64,000 bases of DNA from Lentimicrobium sp. (GTDB taxonomy: Bacteria; Bacteroidota; Bacteroidia; Bacteroidales; Lentimicrobiaceae): the NCBI GenBank assembly GCA_019429275.1, contig JAHYJC010000019.1, forward strand, positions 6,081-70,080. The letters are read 5' to 3'. The position numbers were made by a program, and so were the translations under genes. Of the stretch, positions 49,114-57,677 are shown one piece after another (within the stretch, counting starts at the first letter, position 1; the number at the start of each line of letters is the position of its first letter). Below the pieces are notes generated by a model. It was not told the origin of the DNA, made no database searches, and was given only the letters and a program-made list of their open reading frames with translations.

Positions 49114-50672
49114 TTATAAGCTTGAGGTCCACGTATGTTTTCATGAGTAAAAAGATCCACAGACGGCGACTGTGAGTCATCAGGTTGTTTGTCTAATCCT
49201 TTTATCAGGATGTTGTTTATCATTCTGTAATTGACACGTGAAGCCGGAATGGCTCGTTTGCAGGCGTTTTCAAAGCGTTCCGCGCCATACTGTTCTGCTA
49301 AACGGATCAAACCAAGGCAAGCCCTGTAGGCTTGCTCGATAAAAGATCTTGATTCCAGTATCCGCCTGGTAATTTCAACTGCATTTTCACCTATTGCTTT
49401 CGCCTTGTTTAAAAAATAGTCTGCATCCCAGCCTTTGGCTTCAAGATAGTTCTGGTGCTGCTCCGGCATGTGTTCTTTCAGCGTTGTATAATCATGCTTT
49501 CTATAATTACGAGTATGACTAGCAATCCTTTGTAATCCCATAAAAACTTCAACAACATCACTATTGTAGACCAGTTTTACTTTTTTGCCAATGTGCTGGT
49601 AGGGGACGCTATATTGATGATAATCCTCACCAAGTATGACATGATAGTTCTTCTGTACCTTAGCCATGGCGGTATGTTTGATAACGAACGGATCAGCAGG
49701 AAGAGCATTTAATAATGGAAGTTCGTCCTGTACAAAACGGTCAGTGCGACTATATGGCCGTTTCTGAAAAGGTGTACGATTGTGCTTGTTCAGGAAGATT
49801 AAGATCCTTTGATTTAATTCCGCCAGACTGTAAAAAGTATCATTACGTATAGACGCATAGATACGCAGATAAGAAATGTGAACCATGTTCTCAACGGTGG
49901 GCTTATCTTTTGGTTTGCCTACCCTGGTTGCAGATAAGCTTGTATTGTAGTGCAGAGACCATTGCAGGCAAAGCTCGCTGAATACCGGTTCATACCGGCT
50001 GCTCTTTTGAACATACTGCTTCATGTTGTCACTCAGGGCGTTTTCAGGCACTCCGCCAAAGTAACTCATACATCGACCCAGAGCGGCAAACAGATGCTCC
50101 TGCGAAGCACTGCGGAGGGCCTCAACGTATGTGTAACCACTATAGGGAAGCACGCACACAAGGACCGGACAGGAAATCACCTCTCCAGAGGTTGTATCAG
50201 CATAATACAGAGGTTTGCCGGCAAAATCAATCTGTACCCTTTCTCCGGCCTTATGCTCAAAGTGCATCGTGGCTATGTTTGTACGGAGGTGGTCTTTGGT
50301 ATGTTCGCAAAATTGCACATACCCATATCCCAAAGGAACTTCTTCTCTGTATTCTTGCCAGAGCTTTTGTCGGGTGACACCGGGTCGCGTTAACTCACGC
50401 TGATAATAATCCAGCCTGGTGCTCAAATACTCGTAACGAGAATCGGGCAGGGAAAGCGCTGTGCCAGGGTAAAACAACTTCGCCAGTTCTGCATCCGGCT
50501 TGCCAGATAGCTCATTTAGAGGCAGCGAAACTTGTAGTATCTTGGCAACATAAGCATCAATTGTATGACGTCCACAGTGCAGTTCACGGGATATCTCCCG
50601 CTTGGAACTACCCTTGGACATAAGTTGAATTATGCGTCGAATTTGTAACATCGTAATTGATTTATTGGACAT
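49110..50672 (-). CDS. istA: IS21 transposase IstA
   Basis: N-terminal HTH, QIDFAG, SDNMK, KDKPTVEN (DDE), YSVPYQ. Confidence 0.97.
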   Translation of the reverse strand: MSNKSITMLQIRRIIQLMSKGSSKREISRELHCGRHTIDAYVAKILQVSLPLNELSGKPDAELAKLFYPGTALSLPDSRYEYLSTRLDYYQRELTRPGVTRQKLWQEYREEVPLGYGYVQFCEHTKDHLRTNIATMHFEHKAGERVQIDFAGKPLYYADTTSGEVISCPVLVCVLPYSGYTYVEALRSASQEHLFAALGRCMSYFGGVPENALSDNMKQYVQKSSRYEPVFSELCLQWSLHYNTSLSATRVGKPKDKPTVENMVHISYLRIYASIRNDTFYSLAELNQRILIFLNKHNRTPFQKRPYSRTDRFVQDELPLLNALPADPFVIKHTAMAKVQKNYHVILGEDYHQYSVPYQHIGKKVKLVYNSDVVEVFMGLQRIASHTRNYRKHDYTTLKEHMPEQHQNYLEAKGWDADYFLNKAKAIGENAVEITRRILESRSFIEQAYRACLGLIRLAEQYGAERFENACKRAIPASRVNYRMINNILIKGLDKQPDDSQSPSVDLFTHENIRGPQAYK

Positions 50673-50724
50673 TGTACCGGGTTTTTGGCAAGGTACTATT
50701 TGTTACAAATCCGCTCTCTTTTTT

Positions 50725-50800
50725 AGTGGCGCCGTTTGGTGTGAAATCACTGGCGCTATTTGCTCCGAATTTACTGGCGCTGTTTGCTCCGTAATAGTCA
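50725..50800. repeat. IS21 terminal inverted repeat (istA side) with three internal binding repeats
   Basis: TGGCGC-centred units at 50727, 50751 and 50775 (period 24). Confidence 0.9.
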
Positions 50801-51242
50801 GGCAACGGTATTTGTCGGAAAACCACCATTGTGGGGGCCTGCCGGATACAATAATGTTCAATATTATTACCTGCCCGATTTAGAGTCATATTATGATGTT
50901 AACAACTCCAGGTTTATCTATTATGAAGGAGGCACCTGGGTTCACCGGAAATATCTGCCCAGGCAATACCGGAGCTATGATCTTTACAGTGGCTACAAGG
51001 TTGTTATGCACGATTACAGGGGAAACTCGCCCTATGCTCATTTTAAAGAACATAAAAGCAAGTATGCAAGAGGCTATAAAGGCCAGGAGCAAAAAACCAT
51101 TGGCAACCGGCCTGATCAACGGAAACAGGGTTTAAAAAATGCAAAGCAGAATCATCCCGGCCAAAAGGTTTCAAAAATGAACCAGGGTAAAATTAAGGGG
51201 CACAACGGCAAAGGTGGCGGAGGCAAAGGCAGAAAAAAATAG
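50801..51242 (+). pseudogene. 5'-truncated secreted hypothetical protein; start and signal peptide replaced by the IS end
   Basis: The frame continues from the IS boundary as ATVFVGKPPLWGPAGYNNVQYYYLPDLESYYDV, resembling the mature N-terminus of a Bacteroidota family; no native start or signal peptide outside the IS; K/G-rich tail. Confidence 0.65.
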
Positions 51243-51362
51243 CCCGGACGTTGCTTTGCTTTATCAGGAATTATTGCTGTATTATCCCTCTTAATCAGGT
51301 GGCCGATACTCAACACCGGCTTTACTTTGAAATGCATTACAAAAAAATCAGGGTGCATTCAA

Positions 51363-51430
51363 ATGTGTGAAATATATAAATTTCTCAACGAATTATATAA
51401 CATCAAAAGGCTTGATTGTGCCGAAATTTG
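51363..51430 (+). promoter_or_regulatory. regulon site A: tandem box promoter
   Basis: ATGTGT-GAAATATATAA(51369)-N10-GAATTATATAA(51390)-N22-GAAATTTG(51423). Confidence 0.8.
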
Positions 51431-51463
51431 TATAAAATTATTTCACAACCTAAAACAAGAAAC

Positions 51464-51796
51464 ATGAAAAAAATGGCATTTGGATTGGTTACAATTATGC
51501 TGATGGTATTGTTTGCTCCGCTTCAATCTGAAGCAAAAATAAAAGACAAACTACCCTCATTGAAGAAAGAAAAAACTGAGATTTCGGTCGAGGCCCAGAC
51601 CATGGTAAACCGACTGGAAGAAATCAAAGCAATGGATCTTTCAAAAATGAACTCATCAGAAAAGAAAGAATTGCGTGCTGAAGTAAAGATGATAAAAAGC
51701 GATCTTCAGGCACAACAGGTAAACAGCAGCGGTGGAGTTTATATTTCTGTCGGAGCAGCTATTTTGATTGTATTGTTGCTGATCCTCCTTTTGTAA
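51464..51796 (+). CDS. conserved Bacteroidota hypothetical protein (signal peptide, coiled coil, C-terminal TM)
   Basis: MKKMAFG.. signal; RLEEIKAMDLSKMNSSEKKELRAEVK; GGVYISVGAAILIVLLLILLL. Confidence 0.8.
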   Translation: MKKMAFGLVTIMLMVLFAPLQSEAKIKDKLPSLKKEKTEISVEAQTMVNRLEEIKAMDLSKMNSSEKKELRAEVKMIKSDLQAQQVNSSGGVYISVGAAILIVLLLILLL

Positions 51797-51872
51797 TCAG
51801 GGGCATTCATAAAACCTGAAAATTCCTGGGGCATCAAAGCCTGAAGCTTTCAAACTTAAAAAAAATATAGAA

Positions 51873-52025
51873 ATGGGAAACTTACTTTACATCATAGCTG
51901 TCGTCCTGATCATTGCCTGGCTTATCGGATTGATTGGATTTCATGCAGGAGGAATTATTCACGTATTGCTGGTAATAGCAATCATTGCTGTTATTCTCAG
52001 ACTTATACAGGGAAAAAGGATTTGA
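51873..52025 (+). CDS. lmo0937 family small membrane protein (50 aa)
   Basis: Missing from the ORF track; hand translation MGNLLYIIAVVLIIAWLIGLIGFHAGGIIHVLLVIAIIAVILRLIQGKRI. Confidence 0.88.
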   Translation: MGNLLYIIAVVLIIAWLIGLIGFHAGGIIHVLLVIAIIAVILRLIQGKRI

Positions 52026-52224
52026 GAATATTAGATTTTACCTCAGATTTGCTTCTGTCGTAAAACAAGTACTTCCCTTTTAGAACCTTGTACCAATACT
52101 GTGAAGAAATACTAAAGCAAGACTTTTATCGACTATCAGCAAAACATAAATTACCAGATTTGAATTGAGTTTAATTGGATTGGCAGTTCCATTTTTCTTC
52201 TTGTTCTTATAGCTTTAGTATCTT

Positions 52225-52257
52225 AAAACCTCCGCTTGCTGACGGGGGTTTTTTTAT
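52225..52257 (+). terminator. rho-independent terminator
   Basis: AAAACCTCCG-cttgctga-CGGGGGTTTT followed by a T run. Confidence 0.75.
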
Positions 52258-52284
52258 TTCCTGAAAATAAATACTACAGTAAAT

Positions 52285-52352
52285 ATGTGTGAATGATGTA
52301 ACTTATGGTAATATTTATGTAACACTCTCCGGATGCATATATTTTATCTTTG
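52285..52352 (+). promoter_or_regulatory. regulon site B: tandem box promoter
   Basis: ATGTGT-GAATGATGTAA(52291)-N10-TATTTATGTAA(52312)-N22-TATCTTTG(52345). Confidence 0.85.
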
Positions 52353-52375
52353 AACAGAACCTAAAAATCAAAATT

Positions 52376-52561
52376 ATGCCACTTCTTACCATTTTAATTG
52401 TGCTGATTGTCGCCGGTGTTTTACTTTGGCTGGTAAATTCATTTATCCCCATGGACCGGAAAATAAAATCGATCCTGAATATCGTGGTGGTAATCATTCT
52501 CATCATCTGGCTGCTGAAGGCATTCGGAATTTTATCCTCTTTAGGCAACATAACTTTTTAA
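52376..52561 (+). CDS. Thivi_2564 family small membrane protein (61 aa)
   Basis: MPLLTILIVLIVAGVLLWLVNSFIPMDRKIKSILNIVVV; start moved to the ATG downstream of the -7 box. Confidence 0.82.
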   Translation: MPLLTILIVLIVAGVLLWLVNSFIPMDRKIKSILNIVVVIILIIWLLKAFGILSSLGNITF

Positions 52562-52676
52562 ACAGGTCAGCAAAAATATTCTGCTGACACATCCGTGGTT
52601 TTCCCGGGTTGCCAGGAAATTATTGGAAATTACTTTTTCGAAATTTACATTTACCTATACCTAACACCCTGAAATA

Positions 52677-52871
52677 ATGAATATTAAAAGAATTTTCGGG
52701 TCTATACTTACCATTCTTGGTATTGTTGGCCTTATTTATGCAGCCGTTTTATTTGCAGGCAATTCAGGGGGCACATCAGGGGTTAAATCCCTGATAATTT
52801 ATGCCGTACTTGGCCTGATATTCTTTATTTCCGGAATCGGACTTATCCGCTCTACCAAAGATGAATCATAG
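52677..52871 (+). CDS. small two-TM membrane protein (64 aa)
   Basis: KRIFGSILTILGIVGLIY...LGLIFFISGIGLIRSTKDE; A-rich translation initiation region. Confidence 0.78.
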   Translation: MNIKRIFGSILTILGIVGLIYAAVLFAGNSGGTSGVKSLIIYAVLGLIFFISGIGLIRSTKDES

Positions 52872-52898
52872 CTAAACCCGGTCAACAAACCTTTTAAG

Positions 52899-52938
52899 AA
52901 GTTGCATCAAGCCACATTTACCCGGTTCGATGCAACTT
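52899..52938. terminator. stem-loop between convergent genes
   Basis: AAGTTGCATC / GATGCAACTT 10-bp stem with a 20-nt loop, T run on the plus side. Confidence 0.5.
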
Positions 52939-52993
52939 TTGCTTTTGGTACAAAGTGCTTTTGAGAGCCGCAAAAATGAACCTGTAAATCATA

Positions 52994-53995
52994 TCATAAG
53001 GTAATGGAATCATTCAGATTCCCCGGTTTTGGTATTTCCGGAATTTTCTGCGGTTCAATTTCAATCTTCGCTTTTACAATTTGCACTGCCCAGGCATTGG
53101 GCACTATTTTCTTGCCGTGGGTGATGGCATATACCTTGGTAAATTCAGCCCCGAAATAAAGAATAATGGCTGAATAGTAAACCCATACAAGAATCAGGAT
53201 TATTGAGCCGGTGGCACCGTACCACGAAGCAATAACGGAACGGCTGAGATAAGCGCCTATGCCAAACTTACCTATCATAAAAAGAAAGGTTGTGAAGGAT
53301 GCACCTATCAGGCAATCTTTCAATACAACCTTACCATCGGGCAGGGTTTTGAAAATGACCGTAAACAGCAGGGTTATGATGATAAACACAATCAGAATAT
53401 TCAGGAAATAAAATAAATATAACGTGTCTTTCGGAAAAAATTCTGCAAGCTGTTTGCTCAGCACATCCATCAGTGAGTTCACAATTAAACCTACCAACAA
53501 CAAAAATCCCACAGAACCGATCATTGAGAAAGACATCAGGCGGTTTTTCAGAAATTTAACGATTCCACGCTTTGGCTTTGCCTTGAGACCCCATATGTAA
53601 TTGATTGAATCCTGGATTTCGGCAAAAACTCCTGAAGCTCCGACCAGTAAAAATCCCACACCCAGCACAGTTGCAAAAGTGCTGCTGTGCGACAATTTTA
53701 CATTCTTTATAATGTCCTGTATCTGAATTGCGGCATTGCTGCCAACCAGCCCGTTTATCTGGCCAAAAATTTCGCCGCGCACAGCCTCTTCTCCAAAAAA
53801 GAATCCACTCAGGCTAATGATGATGATGAGCAGCGGCGGCAGCGAAAAAATGGTGTAATAGGAAAGGGCTGCACCCAGTTTCATTCCATTGTCGTAAATA
53901 AATTCATTAAATGTCTCCTTGAGCAGATACCAGATTTTACCAAGTGATTTTTTGAATTTTTCAATTGACGGTATGGAAATTTGCATAAGTTTCAT
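52994..53995 (-). CDS. YihY/virulence factor BrkB family membrane protein
   Basis: GAALSYYTIFSLPPLL, GASGVFAEIQDSINYIW, FKTLPD, YGATGSIILILVWVYYSAIILYFGAE. Confidence 0.93.
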   Translation of the reverse strand: MKLMQISIPSIEKFKKSLGKIWYLLKETFNEFIYDNGMKLGAALSYYTIFSLPPLLIIIISLSGFFFGEEAVRGEIFGQINGLVGSNAAIQIQDIIKNVKLSHSSTFATVLGVGFLLVGASGVFAEIQDSINYIWGLKAKPKRGIVKFLKNRLMSFSMIGSVGFLLLVGLIVNSLMDVLSKQLAEFFPKDTLYLFYFLNILIVFIIITLLFTVIFKTLPDGKVVLKDCLIGASFTTFLFMIGKFGIGAYLSRSVIASWYGATGSIILILVWVYYSAIILYFGAEFTKVYAITHGKKIVPNAWAVQIVKAKIEIEPQKIPEIPKPGNLNDSITL

Positions 53996-53997
53996 GG

Positions 53998-55830
53998 TTA
54001 CTGAAATAAGGTGGTTGTGGGTTTGCCGATTTCAAAATCCCTGATATTAAAATCTTCTGTTTCATAGGAGTTGAATTTAATGATATTGTTCCCTTTGCCC
54101 GGGATAACAGGATAATAAGAAATGGATACCTGAAAAGTGTTGATTATCAAGTTTATATTTTTTATGAGCACACCCAGCCCGAATTGAGAATAAATACGGC
54201 TGCCTGAAAAACCTGTTTCAGTATCGCCCAGCACACCCAAAGAGCAGATAAAGTAGGGACCAAAGTAGAAGCCAATGAAATTCCAGGGGCTGTATGCCTG
54301 CGTTTGCAATGTCAGCAACAACCTGCTGTTGCCCGACAACACCTGACTGCTGAAGCCGGGCAGGCCCACATTATTATTCAGCGTAAGACTGTCGGTAGCA
54401 TAACGGTTCAGCCCAACGGTAAGTTGAGGCTTCACAAATTGCCGGAATTTCCATTTTCCAACCTCCTTCAGGCCGGTGAAGTAAATAAAGCCTGCCGAAA
54501 AGATTCCCTGTTCAATTTTTGAATTGTGAATAAAAGTGCCGAAATCAAAGTTTGCACTCAGGTAACCAAATGAGAAATAATTGCCAAAAGAAGCCTGTGC
54601 AGCAGTGTAGAACCGGCCCGTACTGTTCCGTTTCTGGTAACCACCTGTCAGGCTGTAAACATTCCCAACAGGTACATCTTCGGTAAGCCCAAATTTAAAC
54701 ACATATTTATCCTGAAAATATTTTCTTCTTGAAACGCCAATACTGGCCAGGTAAAAATCTTCATCGTGGTATAAATACTCCGGATCCGCCGATTCTTCAG
54801 GCTTTTCGGGATAGCGAATACGCGTGTAGCGGATGGCAGTAATGAAATTTGAGGTACGGCTGTTCTCCGAATTTCCTTTGAATAACTGTATGGCGCTGCC
54901 TGCCCAGTAATCCTGGGCATTAAATTTATACCGCTCAACACGAACCAGTGTATCATTAAATCGCTGAAAGATTTTCTGAGCCTGCTGTGAAATATTTACA
55001 CCTGCTGCCCACTTTGCATAGGGTGAGAAAAACGGACGGTCAATGTCAAAACTCTTTCTGAAATTACCGAACTCATCAGTGCCATAGTACAATTTTGAAC
55101 TTATAAAACTATTCATGATGTTGGGCACAGAATAGCTTGTTTTAAAATCATGTCCACCGGTTGAGAGATGCCGCGTCAATCCATTCCTAAACTCATGTCC
55201 CAGGCCTGCGAAATTTTTTTCAGTAATTTTAATTCCAACACGGGTATTTGTTACATCAAATTCAGGAATGATACTCCATGTATCCAGTTCCCTGATAAAA
55301 ATATCTACAGAATCGGAATTTTCAGATGTGGCTTTGATAAAAAAAGCTACATCGGTTACATAACCCCTGCTGCGCACCAGCCGTTCCGATTCTTTAACCA
55401 GCAATGAATCAAATGCCTGGTTTTTACGAAAAAGCAAAAGATTGCGGATGGTGGCCGGTTGCGTTTTAATGTGCAGTTTGTTGCCGGCCCTTGAAGTAAA
55501 GCTGGGATAAGATTTAATGGTGTCGGCAATTGAATTTCCGAAAGGATCGAGTGTTTCGATGTGAATTTGCCTGATGATTTTACCCTCAAACGTATCGTAA
55601 GGTTTTTGTACCGGGACTATATGTGGTTTCTTATTTACATCATCTGCCACGGGTTTAAAGAACAGCCGGTACATGAACCTTGTAAACCTGCTGCGCTCTG
55701 CATAATCTTCAATATTCCCGTAAAGAAGCGTAGAATCTTTTTTTGCAGGTGTTTGCTGGGCATAGGTATAATCACTCGTTAGAATTTGAGCAAAACACAG
55801 CATAAAAGTTATTTTGAACCACATCTGCAT
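53998..55830 (-). CDS. Omp85/TamA-like outer-membrane protein (POTRA + beta-barrel)
   Basis: Signal peptide; POTRA-like TIRNLLLF..FDSLLVKESERLVR..DVAF..VDIFIRELDTWS; amphipathic strands; ends LFQ. Confidence 0.7.
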   Translation of the reverse strand: MQMWFKITFMLCFAQILTSDYTYAQQTPAKKDSTLLYGNIEDYAERSRFTRFMYRLFFKPVADDVNKKPHIVPVQKPYDTFEGKIIRQIHIETLDPFGNSIADTIKSYPSFTSRAGNKLHIKTQPATIRNLLLFRKNQAFDSLLVKESERLVRSRGYVTDVAFFIKATSENSDSVDIFIRELDTWSIIPEFDVTNTRVGIKITEKNFAGLGHEFRNGLTRHLSTGGHDFKTSYSVPNIMNSFISSKLYYGTDEFGNFRKSFDIDRPFFSPYAKWAAGVNISQQAQKIFQRFNDTLVRVERYKFNAQDYWAGSAIQLFKGNSENSRTSNFITAIRYTRIRYPEKPEESADPEYLYHDEDFYLASIGVSRRKYFQDKYVFKFGLTEDVPVGNVYSLTGGYQKRNSTGRFYTAAQASFGNYFSFGYLSANFDFGTFIHNSKIEQGIFSAGFIYFTGLKEVGKWKFRQFVKPQLTVGLNRYATDSLTLNNNVGLPGFSSQVLSGNSRLLLTLQTQAYSPWNFIGFYFGPYFICSLGVLGDTETGFSGSRIYSQFGLGVLIKNINLIINTFQVSISYYPVIPGKGNNIIKFNSYETEDFNIRDFEIGKPTTTLFQ

Positions 55831-55873
55831 TTGTCAAAATTAAAAATTTTAAACCTGACATTTTCAGGAATGG

Positions 55874-56836
55874 CTATTTCGGTTGATCCTGTTCTTTTTG
55901 TTCGGCGGCTTCCTGTTCTGCTGCCTCAATCATTTTTAATTCATCGGCTGCAGCTTTCTTTTTGAACATTCCCTTCAACAATAAACTATGCTGGAAAGCT
56001 TCAATGGTTGAATTTAATCCTTCGGTAGTTTTATTGAGATTATAAATAGTGCTGTTTATGTTTCCGGCTATGATGGTATCATAAATCAATCTGCCAAGGG
56101 TGCCTTTGCCTTCATTAATTTCGATCACACTTCTCTCAACTTGCTTTGTAATGCCTTCTGAATTATCTGCAGTAACTCTCAGACTTGCTAAAATATCGGT
56201 TAAATTTTGCCTCGATGCCTCCATGGTTTCATTCAATCGGGATGAACTTTCTTTAAAGTTCTGAATGGTCTGGTTAATATCTTCAGCAATGGTTGAATCC
56301 TGAATTAACCTTCCAAGTGTTCCTTTGCCTGAGTTTACATTTGTCATCACTTCGGCAAGTTCCTTTGTTATTACTTCAACACTACCTGCGGTTACCTGAA
56401 GACTGGCAATAATGGCATCCGTTTCAACAGGTTCGGTCGAATCAAGGTGTTGGCCATCCTTTGCCAAAGGAGCATCTGTAGTTCCCTGTGTAATTATCAA
56501 GAGCCGGTCGCCTATCAGCCCTTCTGAACCTATGGCCACTTTACTGTCTGATTTAATAAATTGCTGAACCTCTTTTCGAACCAGCATATCAACCCTTACC
56601 GTTGAGTCGTTGATGATTGAAATTACATCAACTGTCCCTACATTAATGCCTGAGAAACGGATATTGTTCCCCACCTGCAATCCGCTTACATTGTAAAAAT
56701 TTGTAGTAAGTTTAAAAACAGGGTTGAACAGATTTTTTTGCTTGCCGATGATAAATATGGCCATCATAAAAAGCGCCAGCCCTCCGACAACAAAAAGACC
56801 TAAGCGGACTTTAAATTTTTGTGTGTGCGTATCCAT
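55874..56836 (-). CDS. mlaD: MlaD/MCE family protein with an extended helical region
   Basis: KVRLGLFV TM, NVSGLQVGNNIRFSGINVGTV, IGSEGLIGD; duplicated GKGTLGRLI. Confidence 0.92.
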   Translation of the reverse strand: MDTHTQKFKVRLGLFVVGGLALFMMAIFIIGKQKNLFNPVFKLTTNFYNVSGLQVGNNIRFSGINVGTVDVISIINDSTVRVDMLVRKEVQQFIKSDSKVAIGSEGLIGDRLLIITQGTTDAPLAKDGQHLDSTEPVETDAIIASLQVTAGSVEVITKELAEVMTNVNSGKGTLGRLIQDSTIAEDINQTIQNFKESSSRLNETMEASRQNLTDILASLRVTADNSEGITKQVERSVIEINEGKGTLGRLIYDTIIAGNINSTIYNLNKTTEGLNSTIEAFQHSLLLKGMFKKKAAADELKMIEAAEQEAAEQKEQDQPK

Positions 56837-56894
56837 TTTGTTATTGTTTTACACTAATTCGTATTTCAGTTTCATTGCCGGGATGTTCCGGAAT

Positions 56895-57677
56895 TTATAA
56901 AAAGAAGGCCTGAATGGCAGGATCATCCGATTTTTCAAAATCCTCAACAGTTCCTTCTTTATATACGGACCCTGAATCGAGCATAATGATTCGGTTTGCT
57001 GTTTTCAGTGCGCATTTAATATCATGTGTAATGATGATGGATGAGGTTTTATACTTCTCCTGAACATCATTGATGAGTTCGCTTATTTCGTTGGAAGTAA
57101 CCGGGTCGAGTCCGGTTGTTGGCTCATCGTAAAGCATAACCAGAGGGTCCACAACAATAGTACGGGCCAGACTAATACGCTTGCGCATGCCACCCGATAG
57201 TTCGGAGGGCATTTTGTTCTGCGCATCGGGCAAACCCACATTTTCAAGCACCTCATTTATTTTGTTATCCCTCTCGTTTTTCGAGAGATTCTTTTTCAGT
57301 CTGACTAACGGAAATTCCAGATTCTGTTTCACGGTCATTGAGTCGTACAAAGCACCGCTCTGAAAAAGGAAACCGACCTTCTGTCTGAGTTCGCTCATTT
57401 CTTTTCTGCTCAGCGTTTTCACATTTTTCCCAAATACGTCAATGGTGCCGCCTTCAAAATTCAATAAGCCAACAATGCACTTTATCAGCACCGATTTACC
57501 GGTACCTGATTTGCCCAGCACAACCAGGTTTTCGCCATTGTAAAGGTTTAATGAAGCATCTTCTAAAACCTTTATTTTACCGAATGACTTTTGCAGATTG
57601 TTTATCCTGATAACCGGTTCTGCTACCTTTTCAGCAGATTGAATCTCATTTGGAGCGAATTTAAGTTCAGTGTTCAT
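56895..57677 (-). CDS. mlaF: MlaF-type ABC ATPase
   Basis: GKSGTGKS, FLFQSGALYDSMTV, LSGGMRKR, LYDEPTTGLDP, ITHD. Confidence 0.93.
   Translation of the reverse strand: MNTELKFAPNEIQSAEKVAEPVIRINNLQKSFGKIKVLEDASLNLYNGENLVVLGKSGTGKSVLIKCIVGLLNFEGGTIDVFGKNVKTLSRKEMSELRQKVGFLFQSGALYDSMTVKQNLEFPLVRLKKNLSKNERDNKINEVLENVGLPDAQNKMPSELSGGMRKRISLARTIVVDPLVMLYDEPTTGLDPVTSNEISELINDVQEKYKTSSIIITHDIKCALKTANRIIMLDSGSVYKEGTVEDFEKSDDPAIQAFFL

Larger units (their letters stand above)
48270..50800 (-). mobile_element. IS21-family insertion sequence, 2531 bp, no target-site duplication
   Basis: TG...CA ends: TGATTATTTCGG-CCAAACGGCGCCA versus reverse complement TGACTATTACGGAGCAAACAGCGCCA; contains istA-istB with an ATGA overlap. 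Confidence 0.95.

Noticed and set aside
50662-50889. 75-aa ORF with GANSAS repeats
   Set aside because: It is a translation of the 24-bp IS21 terminal repeats across the IS boundary.
52026-52224. 200-nt gap between the lmo0937-family stop and its terminator as a hidden gene
   Set aside because: No credible ORF, promoter box or structure found; most simply a long 3' UTR.
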